Shown: positions 21,653 to 29,876 of the stretch, one piece after another | How the letters are laid out: each line of letters starts with the position of its first letter | Position numbering within the stretch: position 1 is the first letter of the stretch | Assembly (NCBI GenBank): GCA_965203515.1 | Contig: OZ241907.1 | Coordinates: 256,001 to 320,000, forward strand | Direction: 5' to 3' | Source of the DNA: Spirochaetia bacterium | GTDB taxonomy: Bacteria > Spirochaetota > Spirochaetia > SZUA-6 > Bin103 | Length of the DNA: 64,000 nt | Made by a program: the position numbers and the translations under genes | Notes under the pieces: model-generated | Seen by the model: only the letters and a program-made list of their open reading frames with translations | What the model was told of the DNA's origin: nothing | The model's database searches: none

Positions 21653-22305
21653 GTGTCTCGAATGACTTGCTGAGCGCGGTCGGCGACCGGAGGTTCGGTA
21701 CCGTGCTGGCCGATCCGCCGTGGCAATTTCAGAATCGGACCGGGAAGGTCGCTCCCGAACACCGGCGGTTGGCGCGTTACTCCACGATGTCGTTCGAAAG
21801 CATAGCCAGGGTGCCGGTAGCGGACATCGTGACGGAGTGCGCGCATCTGTATCTGTGGGTTCCGAATGCGCTGTTGCCGTATGGATTGGACACGATGGAA
21901 CGGTGGGGGTTCACCTACAAGACCAACCTGATCTGGTACAAGGTGCGCAAGGACGGCGGTCCGGATCGGCGGGGAGTCGGGTTCTATTTCCGCAACGTCA
22001 CGGAGATCATCCTGTTTGGAATCCGCGGCCGCAACTGCCGGACGCTGGCGCCGGGACGGAGCCGGGAGAACATGATCATCTCGCAAAAGCGAGAGCACAG
22101 CAGAAAGCCCGATGAGCAGTTCGACCTCATCGAGTCATGTAGTCCGGGGCCGTTCATCGAGCTGTTCGCGCGGGGCACCAGACCGGGCTGGTTTGCGTGG
22201 GGCGATCAGGCGCGGGACTACGCGCCCGACTGGCAGACCTACGCGAATCATTCGCAGTCGTCCCGCCGCCAGCCGGAACTGTTCGCGCATACTCCCGGCG
22301 CCTGA
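21646..22305 (+). CDS. MT-A70 family (M.MunI-like) N6-adenine DNA methyltransferase
   Basis: LADPPW, HLYLWVPN, WGFTYKT, KDGGPDRRGVGFYFRNVTE, EHSRKP, IELFAR, WGDQ; visibly lower GC than the flanks. Confidence 0.92.
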   Translation: MVSVSNDLLSAVGDRRFGTVLADPPWQFQNRTGKVAPEHRRLARYSTMSFESIARVPVADIVTECAHLYLWVPNALLPYGLDTMERWGFTYKTNLIWYKVRKDGGPDRRGVGFYFRNVTEIILFGIRGRNCRTLAPGRSRENMIISQKREHSRKPDEQFDLIESCSPGPFIELFARGTRPGWFAWGDQARDYAPDWQTYANHSQSSRRQPELFAHTPGA

Positions 22306-22314
22306 CCCCTCGGA

Positions 22315-25197
22315 TCAACGCTCTTCGGGGAGCAGGACGAGGCGGACGTAGCGGTCCGGGAGGAGATAGCGGCGCGCCGCGGCCGCGACCTGCTCCAAGG
22401 TGACCGAGTCGAGGCGTTGCTCGAAGCCGCCGATCACGGCGAACGGCTCACCGGTCTCCACGACGCCGCGGATCTGGTCGAGCCAGAAGCGGTTGGTGCG
22501 CTCCCGCTCCTCCCGGTCGGAGCGCAGCAACTCCTTGACGGTGTCCAGGTAACGCTGCTCGCCGCCGGCCTGCAACCACGCCACTTCGGTGAATACCGCG
22601 GCCAGCAGCTCGTCGGCGCGCGCCGGGTCGCTGTCGAAGGCGATCCGCACGTCGTATTCGTGATCGGGCAGCGACTGTGCGCGGCCGATGGCGCCGTAGC
22701 TGTAGGTGCCGCCGAGGTCCTCGCGGATCGACTCGCGCAGGCGCATCTGCAGCATCTCGCCCAACACCCGGAGCGTGAGCGCTTCCGTCCGGCTCCACTC
22801 CATGTCGCCGGCGAATACCAGGTAGGTGGTGCTGAGCGGTTCCACGCCGCGGCGCACGGTCTCCTCCACCACCCCCGGCGGCGGGTCCACGCCCACGTCG
22901 CGCCACCGCTCCGTGCGTCCCGCGGCCGGGAGCGCCGCCAGGTAGGCCGCGCTCAAGTCCCGCAGTTCCTGCCGGTCGAAAGCGCCGGTGAAGATGAAGG
23001 TGAAGTCTCCGAAGTCGGCGAAGCGGTCTTCGTAGACCGCCCGCGAGCGGTCCAGGTCGAGCTCGTCGAGTACCTCCAGGGTCAGCGGTCGCGCGCGGAA
23101 GTGGTCCTGCGCCAGGATGCTGCGCAACCGGTCCCGGAACACGATCTGCGGCGACGCGCCGCGGTTCTCGACGTCGCTCCGCAACCGCGACCGGAACGAC
23201 GCGAAGTAGGTCGGGTCGAAGCGCGGCGCCGTGGCGTACAGCGTGACGAGCTGAAACAGCGTCTCCAGGTCGCGCGGCGAGGCGCTGCCGTACAGCGTCT
23301 CGAACAGCTCGCCGATAGCGGGCGAGATCGAAACCTCCTTGCCGGCGAGCAGCTTTTCCAGCGTGACCTGGTCGTGGACGCCGGCGCCGCTGCCGGCGGC
23401 GATCGCGGCCGCGGTGAACGCGGGAATGTAGTCCTCGTCGGCCACCAGCGAGTCGCCGCCGGGGCTGATGGCGGCCATCAGCACCTCGTCGTTGCGGAAG
23501 TCGGTCTGCTTGGCGATCACGGTGACGCCGTTGGAGAGCGTCCACTCCACCGCGTCGATCTCCTCCAGCCGCCGTTCGCCGACGACCGTGCCCGGCTCCG
23601 GCATGCTCGTCAGCAACGGCGCGTCGCCGGTCAGGTCGACGTAGGGATCGACGTCGCGGCTGAGGGCGGCGGCCAGCTGATCGCGCAGCGCCCTGGCAAG
23701 GGCGGCGTTCGCTGTGTCCGGGTCATCCGGATCGACGCCCGCAGCCTCGGCGGCCGCGGCGCCGATCCCCTCCGGCCCCGACACCAGCAGCACCACGTTG
23801 CCGGGCTCGGCCCACAGGTCCGCCACCGCGTCCGCTTCCGCGGCGTCGATCTCCGGCAGAAACCGCCGGTGCAGCTCATACTCGACCTGCAGGCCGGGCA
23901 CCAGCTCGCCTTCCAGGAAGTGGCGCAGGTACTCGGCCGCCAGCCGCGCCGACGGCCGCTGGTCGCGTTCCTCATAGGCGCTCTCGATACCGCGCATCAG
24001 GTTGGCTTTGGCCCGTGCCAGCTCGGTGGCGGTAAAGCCGTGGAGTTGCGCCCGCCGCAGTTCCTCCAGCACCGCGTCCAGCCCGCGCGCCACGCCGTCC
24101 TGGCTCACCCACGCTCTGGCGATCAGCGTACCGGTGGTCCCCGCCAGTAGGCCGCGTCCGGCGCCGGCGCCGACGTACGGAGGATCGACCACGTGCAGGC
24201 GTTCGGCCAGCCGTGCGTTGATCATCTCTTCGTAGAGCGCGTCGACCACCAGGCGCCGGTACGCGGCGGCGTCCTGCCCGGTGTCAGCCGGCAGCTTGCG
24301 GTACAGGCTCAGGGAGGCACCGCTCGCTTCGGGGTCGGTGGCCACGCTGATGCGCGCCTCCCGGTGGTCGGGTATCGCAAAGCGGGGCCGCTCGACCGGC
24401 GGGTCGGAACGCAACGCCGGCTCGTACTCCGCCTCCCCCTGCGGCGGCGGCGCGAAGTGGCGTCGGATCGCGTCCTCGATCCGCTCCTCGTCGAAGTCCC
24501 CCACCGCGGCGACCGCCATCAGCTCCGGCCGGTACCAGGCGCGGGTGAACGCGCGCAACTGCTCCGCGGTGGCGCCGGCGATCACCTCCGGCACGCCGAT
24601 CGGCAGCCGCTCGGCGTAGCGGGAATCGCCGAACAGGACCGGGATCTGCCGATCCAGGATGCGGGCGTCGGCGCCGCGACCGGATCGCCACTCTTCCATG
24701 ATCACGTCGCGCTCCTGCGCCACTTCGCCGGGGTCGAAGGCGATGGCGTAGGCCCAGTCGCTCAGGATCCGGAACGCGGTCTCCAGCACCTCCGGGTCAT
24801 CGGTGGGGACCTCGAGTCGATAGACGGTTTCGTCGAAGCTGGTGTACGCGTTGAGATCGGGCCCGAACCCGCTGCCGATCGATTCCAGGTAATCGATGAT
24901 CGTCTGCTTGGCGAAACGGGCGGTGCCGTTGAACGCCATGTGCTCGACGAAGTGGGCCAGCCCGCGCTGCGACTCATCTTCCACGGTCGACCCGGCTTGT
25001 ACCGCCAGCCGTAGCTGCGCCCGGTTCTGCGGTTCGACGTTGCGCCGCACGTAGTAGACCAGGCCGTTGCTCAGGGTGCCCCGACGGACCGCCGGATCGA
25101 ACGGCAGCGCTTCGCCATCCCCCAGCGCCGCAGGGGCGGCCGCGGCCAGTATGACGACCGCGCACAGCGCGCGCCGGATCGCGTATCCCGGTCTCAT
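22315..25197 (-). CDS. M16 (insulinase/PqqL-like) zinc protease, secreted
   Basis: Signal peptide, LSNGL, GLAHFVEHMAF (HxxEH), NAYTSFDETVY, IREDLGGTY. Confidence 0.95.
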   Translation of the reverse strand: MRPGYAIRRALCAVVILAAAAPAALGDGEALPFDPAVRRGTLSNGLVYYVRRNVEPQNRAQLRLAVQAGSTVEDESQRGLAHFVEHMAFNGTARFAKQTIIDYLESIGSGFGPDLNAYTSFDETVYRLEVPTDDPEVLETAFRILSDWAYAIAFDPGEVAQERDVIMEEWRSGRGADARILDRQIPVLFGDSRYAERLPIGVPEVIAGATAEQLRAFTRAWYRPELMAVAAVGDFDEERIEDAIRRHFAPPPQGEAEYEPALRSDPPVERPRFAIPDHREARISVATDPEASGASLSLYRKLPADTGQDAAAYRRLVVDALYEEMINARLAERLHVVDPPYVGAGAGRGLLAGTTGTLIARAWVSQDGVARGLDAVLEELRRAQLHGFTATELARAKANLMRGIESAYEERDQRPSARLAAEYLRHFLEGELVPGLQVEYELHRRFLPEIDAAEADAVADLWAEPGNVVLLVSGPEGIGAAAAEAAGVDPDDPDTANAALARALRDQLAAALSRDVDPYVDLTGDAPLLTSMPEPGTVVGERRLEEIDAVEWTLSNGVTVIAKQTDFRNDEVLMAAISPGGDSLVADEDYIPAFTAAAIAAGSGAGVHDQVTLEKLLAGKEVSISPAIGELFETLYGSASPRDLETLFQLVTLYATAPRFDPTYFASFRSRLRSDVENRGASPQIVFRDRLRSILAQDHFRARPLTLEVLDELDLDRSRAVYEDRFADFGDFTFIFTGAFDRQELRDLSAAYLAALPAAGRTERWRDVGVDPPPGVVEETVRRGVEPLSTTYLVFAGDMEWSRTEALTLRVLGEMLQMRLRESIREDLGGTYSYGAIGRAQSLPDHEYDVRIAFDSDPARADELLAAVFTEVAWLQAGGEQRYLDTVKELLRSDREERERTNRFWLDQIRGVVETGEPFAVIGGFEQRLDSVTLEQVAAAARRYLLPDRYVRLVLLPEER

Positions 25198-25318
25198 CTC
25201 AACACACCTCAACGTCGGGAAGGTAATTCTCGGATGTGATACTGTCCATGAAACGCGGGCCCGCACTCCATGCGCAGTGCGATCCGTCCCGCGCCTGACC
25301 CATACCGGTGGAGTTCAC

Positions 25319-26617
25319 GTGGATCTGATGCGGAGCCGCGCAGCCGGCGCACGGGCGCGCGAGGTGCTGCCGGGCGGCGTGAACAGCCCGGTGCGGGCGT
25401 TTCGCCGGGTTGGCGGGGAGCCGGTCTTCATCCGTAGCGGGCGCGGCAGCCGTTGCGCCGATCTGGACGGCAACGAGTACACCGATTACTGCCTGTCGTG
25501 GGGGCCGCTGATCCACGGCCACGCCCCGCAGCCGGTGGTGGAGGCGGTGCGCCGCGCCGCCGCGGACGGGCTGTCGTTCGGCGCCTGTCACGAGCGCGAG
25601 CTGGAGCTGGCCGAGCTGGTGCTGGCCGCCTTTCCCGGCCGGCGGCGTCTGCGCGCGGTGAGCTCCGGGACCGAGGCGGTCATGACTGCGGTGCGCATCG
25701 CTCGCGCGGCGACCGGCAGGGACCTGATCGTCAAGTTCGACGGCGGCTACCACGGCCATGCGGACGGCATGTTGGTCAAGGCCGGTTCCGGGTTGGCGAC
25801 GCACGCGATCGCGGACTCGGCCGGCGTGCCGCGGGCGGTCGCCGCGACCACGGTGGTGGCGCCGTTCGACGACGACGCGGCGATCCGGGACGTCTTTGCC
25901 GAGCTGGGAAGTCGAATCGCCGCGGTGGTGCTGGAACCGCTGCCGGCCAACAACGGCCTGCTGGCGCAGCGGCCCGACTGGCTGCGCTCGGTCGCGGCGC
26001 TGACGCGGCGGGCCGGCGCGCTGCTGATTCTGGATGAGGTGATCAGCGGCTTCCGTCTGCGCTACGGCGGCTACGGCGGAGCGGTGGGGATCGACGCCGA
26101 TCTGATCACCCTGGGCAAGGTGATCGGCGGCGGCATGCCGCTGGGCGCGGTGGTGGGGCCGGCGGAGCTGATGGATCTGCTCGCCCCGGACGGGGCGGTC
26201 TATCAGGCCGGCACGCTGAGCGGCAATCCGCTGTCGATGGCGGCCGGGATCGCGGCGCTGCGTTCATTGCGTGACGACCCGCCCTACGAGCGGTTGGAGC
26301 GGCTCGGCGCCCGGCTGCAGGCCGCGATCGGGCGGATCGGCCGCGGTGACGTGCGGATGCGGCGATGCGGCTCGATCTTCTGGCTGTACCTCGCGGCCGG
26401 CGAGCTGCCCCGGCGAGCCGACGGCATCGAGCCGGCGGCGGTCGCCCGATTCGGCGCCGTGCACCGGCCGCTGCTGGAGCGTGGCCACTACCTGCCGCCG
26501 TCAGCCTATGAGGTGCTGTTTCTGAGCACCGCGCACACCGCGGAGGAGATCGAGCGGCTTGCCGCCGACCTGGCCGCGGTGCTGAGGACGGCGCACCCTT
26601 TCGTATCGGAGCGATGA
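25319..26617 (+). CDS. hemL: Glutamate-1-semialdehyde 2,1-aminomutase
   Basis: PGGVNSPVRAF, SWGPLIHGH, SSGTEA, GYHGH, DEVISGFR, LGKVIGGGMP, YQAGTLSGNP. Confidence 0.95.
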   Translation: MDLMRSRAAGARAREVLPGGVNSPVRAFRRVGGEPVFIRSGRGSRCADLDGNEYTDYCLSWGPLIHGHAPQPVVEAVRRAAADGLSFGACHERELELAELVLAAFPGRRRLRAVSSGTEAVMTAVRIARAATGRDLIVKFDGGYHGHADGMLVKAGSGLATHAIADSAGVPRAVAATTVVAPFDDDAAIRDVFAELGSRIAAVVLEPLPANNGLLAQRPDWLRSVAALTRRAGALLILDEVISGFRLRYGGYGGAVGIDADLITLGKVIGGGMPLGAVVGPAELMDLLAPDGAVYQAGTLSGNPLSMAAGIAALRSLRDDPPYERLERLGARLQAAIGRIGRGDVRMRRCGSIFWLYLAAGELPRRADGIEPAAVARFGAVHRPLLERGHYLPPSAYEVLFLSTAHTAEEIERLAADLAAVLRTAHPFVSER

Positions 26618-27810
26618 TGGATACCGACTCCCGCGACAAGCTGCTCGCCGACGTCGATGCGTTCTGCCGGGAGGTCCGTCCGGTCGAGGACCTCTGCTAC
26701 CTGGAACACCGATTCAACGACCGGGCGGTCGAGCTTGCGCGCAAGCACGACATCCTCGGTCTCAACGTTCCGGCCGTCTACGGCGGTCGAGGCGCCGACG
26801 CGCGTACCTACGTCGATGCCTTGGCGCGCATCGGCCGCGAGGGCACCGGCCTGCGCACGCTGTTCTCCGGCCACTGCTCGATCGGCCAGACGACGGTGCT
26901 GGAATGGGGAACCGAAGAGCAGCGGCGGCGCGTGCTGCCGGACACCGCCGCGGGCCGCACGATCACGGCGTTCGGGCTGACCGAGCCCGAGGCCGGGTCC
27001 AATCCGCGCGAGTTGCGGATGACCTATCGCCGCGACGGCGACCGGTTTCTCCTCAACGGGGTGAAGTACCTGATCTCCAACGGCAGCATCGCCGACCTGA
27101 TCGTCGTCTTCGCCTATCCGGAGGCGGGCGACGATTCGGCCGGCGACCGGGCCCGGCGGTTCAGCGCCTTCATGGTCGAGACCGGCGAGAAGGGCATCGA
27201 GCGCGAGATGATGACCGCCAAGGTGGGGCTTCCGACCAGCGACACCTCCATGTTCGAGCTGACCGACTATCCGGTGCCGGTCGACAACCTGCTCGGCGCC
27301 GAGGGGCAGGGATTGACGATCGCCCTGCAGACGCTGCGCGCCGGTCGGCTGAGCGTCGCCGCCGGCTGCCTGGGCGTGATCGAGGACTGTCTGGAAGAGA
27401 CGTGCCGCTACGCCAAGGAGCGCTGGCAGCACGGCAAGCAGATCGCGCGCCACCAGTTGGTGCAGGAGCACATCGCCGCGATCGAGCTGGCCCGGCAGGC
27501 CAGCGAGAGCCTGATCCACACCGCCGCGGACGCGAAGCAGGCGGCCGGCGACCGGCCGGGCGACGAGGTCCTGGCGGCGCGGGCCGACCTGCTGGTGGCG
27601 GAAGCCAAGCTGTTCGCCTCCGATGCGGCGTTCCGTGCCGCCGACAGCGCCGTGCAGGTGTTCGGCGGTCGCGGGTACTCCGAGTTGTTCCGCCCCGGCC
27701 GCCACTGGAAGGACGTGCGCGTCTGCCGGATCTACGAGGGGACCGACGAGATACTCAAGCTCAAGGTAGCGGCCGGCGTGCTCGGCAAGGAGTACGAGGC
27801 GTACCGCTGA
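26614..27810 (+). CDS. Acyl-CoA dehydrogenase
   Basis: FGLTEPEAGS, LNGVKYLISNG, VQVFGGRGY, IYEGTDEI. Confidence 0.95.
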   Translation: MMDTDSRDKLLADVDAFCREVRPVEDLCYLEHRFNDRAVELARKHDILGLNVPAVYGGRGADARTYVDALARIGREGTGLRTLFSGHCSIGQTTVLEWGTEEQRRRVLPDTAAGRTITAFGLTEPEAGSNPRELRMTYRRDGDRFLLNGVKYLISNGSIADLIVVFAYPEAGDDSAGDRARRFSAFMVETGEKGIEREMMTAKVGLPTSDTSMFELTDYPVPVDNLLGAEGQGLTIALQTLRAGRLSVAAGCLGVIEDCLEETCRYAKERWQHGKQIARHQLVQEHIAAIELARQASESLIHTAADAKQAAGDRPGDEVLAARADLLVAEAKLFASDAAFRAADSAVQVFGGRGYSELFRPGRHWKDVRVCRIYEGTDEILKLKVAAGVLGKEYEAYR

Positions 27811-27976
27811 GGCGCGACCCGGCCACGTGACAGCGCGGCCATTGCGACGCAACTTCGGCACCGAGGACGCGGCGTCGCGCCGAGGACGCGGCGTCCCGGC
27901 ACCCGCTTGACAGCGTGCTGGCCTCGTGTAACCTACCCACGAGGCAGGCGCGGCCCATGCACCTCAGAGGTTACCC

Positions 27977-28000
27977 GTCCGTCAAACCGGGACAACTCCA
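27977..28000. mobile_element. Possible solo IS3-family terminal inverted repeat (scar)
   Basis: Minus strand reads TGGAGTTGTCCCGGTTTGACGGAC, resembling IS3-family ends (5'-TG..CCC.G.TT..GGAC). No partner end or transposase nearby. Confidence 0.35.
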
Positions 28001-28019
28001 CGTCAGGCGCCGATTCGGT

Positions 28020-28478
28020 TCAGCCCCGCTGCCGATGTTGCGAAGCGAGTCGCTCCCGAAAGCCCTGCCAGGCGCTGGCGATCACCTTGCCGGCGGACGC
28101 CTCGATCAGGCCGGCGCCGACCGGCTTGAGCAGCCCGCCCAGCTCGTCCACGGTCGCGGTCCAGTCGACCGCGGCGCCGCCGCCGGCCTCGCGCAGGTCG
28201 AAGGTGGCGGTGACCGCGGCCGTCGATCCGATCCCCTTGCTGCGGACGCCAAGCACCAGACGCGGCTCCGCACGTGTTCGCACGTCGATCGTGGTCGACA
28301 GCGAGCCGGTCAGAAACGACAGCGCCGGCTTTACCTTGCAGGTCAGACGGTCGTCGGTGGTGCGGGCAGCCGAAGACATGCCGGGAATCGCCTCTGCCAG
28401 GAAGGACAGATCGGACAGCCGCCGCCACACCTCCACGACCGGTTCGTCGAAGCGCTCGCTACCCGACAACTCGATCAT
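28020..28478 (-). CDS. CoxG/SRPBCC family protein
   Basis: ELSGSERF..VW..L.D..FL..AIPG, ELGGLLKPVGAGLI; ATGA-coupled to the thiolase. Confidence 0.85.
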   Translation of the reverse strand: MIELSGSERFDEPVVEVWRRLSDLSFLAEAIPGMSSAARTTDDRLTCKVKPALSFLTGSLSTTIDVRTRAEPRLVLGVRSKGIGSTAAVTATFDLREAGGGAAVDWTATVDELGGLLKPVGAGLIEASAGKVIASAWQGFRERLASQHRQRG

Positions 28479-29665
28479 GACGCGTCCCGCTCGACGACCA
28501 CGCCGCATGCCTCACCGCCGCCGATGCACAGCGCCGCGACGCCGCGCACGGTGCGCCCGCTCGGCAGCGCGGCCAGGGAATGGAGCAGGGTGGTGAGGAT
28601 GCGCGCGCCGCTGGCGCCGATCGGATGGCCAAGCGCCACCGCGCCGCCGTCGACGTTGGTCCGCTCGCCGTCGATGCCCAGGTCGCGCTCCACCGCCAGG
28701 TTGCCGGCGGCGAACGCCTCGTTGATTTCGAACCGGTCGATGTCGTCGATCGCCAGGCCGGCCCGATCGAGCATGGCGGGCACTACCAGAGCCGGCGCCA
28801 CCAGGAACCGCGCGGGCGCGGCGGCGACGCTGCCGTGGGCGACCAGCGCCGCCAGCGGCGTGATACCCAGATCGGCCGCGCGGCGTTCGGTCATCACCAC
28901 GCACGCGGCGGCGCCGTCGTTGAGCGACGATGCGTTGGCCGCCGTGATCGTCCCGTCGGCGGAAAAGGCCGGCCGCAGCAGGGCGATCCGGTCGAAGTCG
29001 GCGCGGCCCGGCTCCTCGTCGGTCGTCACCGGCGGGCGGCCGTCGTCGACCGTGACCGGGACGATCTCCGCGTCCCAGCGTCCGTCGCGCTGCGCGCCGA
29101 GCGCGCGGCGGTACGAGCGCTCGGCGTAGGCGTCCTGCGCCGCGCGGTCGATTCGGTACTCGCGCGCGATCGACTCGGCCGCGTCCCCCATGTGAAAGTC
29201 GTTGTACACGTCCCACAGCCCGTCGACGATCATGCTGTCGGCGACCTGCCGGTGTCCGTAGCGGAAGCCGCGGCGGGCGCCCGAAAGCAGGTAGGGCGCG
29301 TTGGACATGCTCTCCATGCCGCCGGCCACGGCGATGCCCGCATCGCCGGCAAGCACGGCCCGCGCGGCCAGGATCACCGCCTGCAGTCCCGACCCGCACA
29401 CCTTGTTGACCGTCGTGCAGGGAACGGAATCGGGCAGCCCGGCGCCGATCGCGGCCTGCCGCGCGGGCGCCTGACCCGCACCGGCGGTGAGGACTTGGCC
29501 CATGAAGACCTCGTCCACGTCCTGCGGGGCCAAGCCGGCGCGGCGCACCGCCTCGCCGATCGCCGCCGCCCCCAGCCGCGGGGCCGGCACCGCCGCCAGC
29601 GCGCCGCCCAGCGCGCCGATCGGGGTGCGGCAGGCGGTCGTGAGCACGGCGCGTTCGGCAGGCAT
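28475..29665 (-). CDS. Acetyl-CoA C-acetyltransferase (thiolase)
   Basis: RTPIG, NKVCGSG, GGMESMS, EINEAFA, GHPIGASG, CIGGG. Confidence 0.95.
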   Translation of the reverse strand: MPAERAVLTTACRTPIGALGGALAAVPAPRLGAAAIGEAVRRAGLAPQDVDEVFMGQVLTAGAGQAPARQAAIGAGLPDSVPCTTVNKVCGSGLQAVILAARAVLAGDAGIAVAGGMESMSNAPYLLSGARRGFRYGHRQVADSMIVDGLWDVYNDFHMGDAAESIAREYRIDRAAQDAYAERSYRRALGAQRDGRWDAEIVPVTVDDGRPPVTTDEEPGRADFDRIALLRPAFSADGTITAANASSLNDGAAACVVMTERRAADLGITPLAALVAHGSVAAAPARFLVAPALVVPAMLDRAGLAIDDIDRFEINEAFAAGNLAVERDLGIDGERTNVDGGAVALGHPIGASGARILTTLLHSLAALPSGRTVRGVAALCIGGGEACGVVVERDAS

Positions 29666-29724
29666 GCTTGAGGCGGAAGTCTGCCGGAATGCCGCTCCCG
29701 CGGCAAGTCCGCGAGCCTCCTGCA

Positions 29725-29820
29725 TGCCTGGCGGGTCGTCGGCGGTCCGCTCGGCGCTTGGGAAGCCGCTCTCACTACGGTGGACGTGGACCTCAAGCTC
29801 GACCCCGAGCCGGACGGCTC
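29725..29820 (+). pseudogene. Degenerate fragment of a DUF6036-like nucleotidyltransferase
   Basis: One frame gives PGGSSAV, and after a frameshift another gives TTVDVDLKLDPEPDG, resembling the GG..AV....R.T.DVDL NTase signature. Confidence 0.4.
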
Positions 29821-29876
29821 GACTGCGCCTCACGAGGCGTCGATTTCTGCTACGGTACGACGCGAAGACGCAGGAG

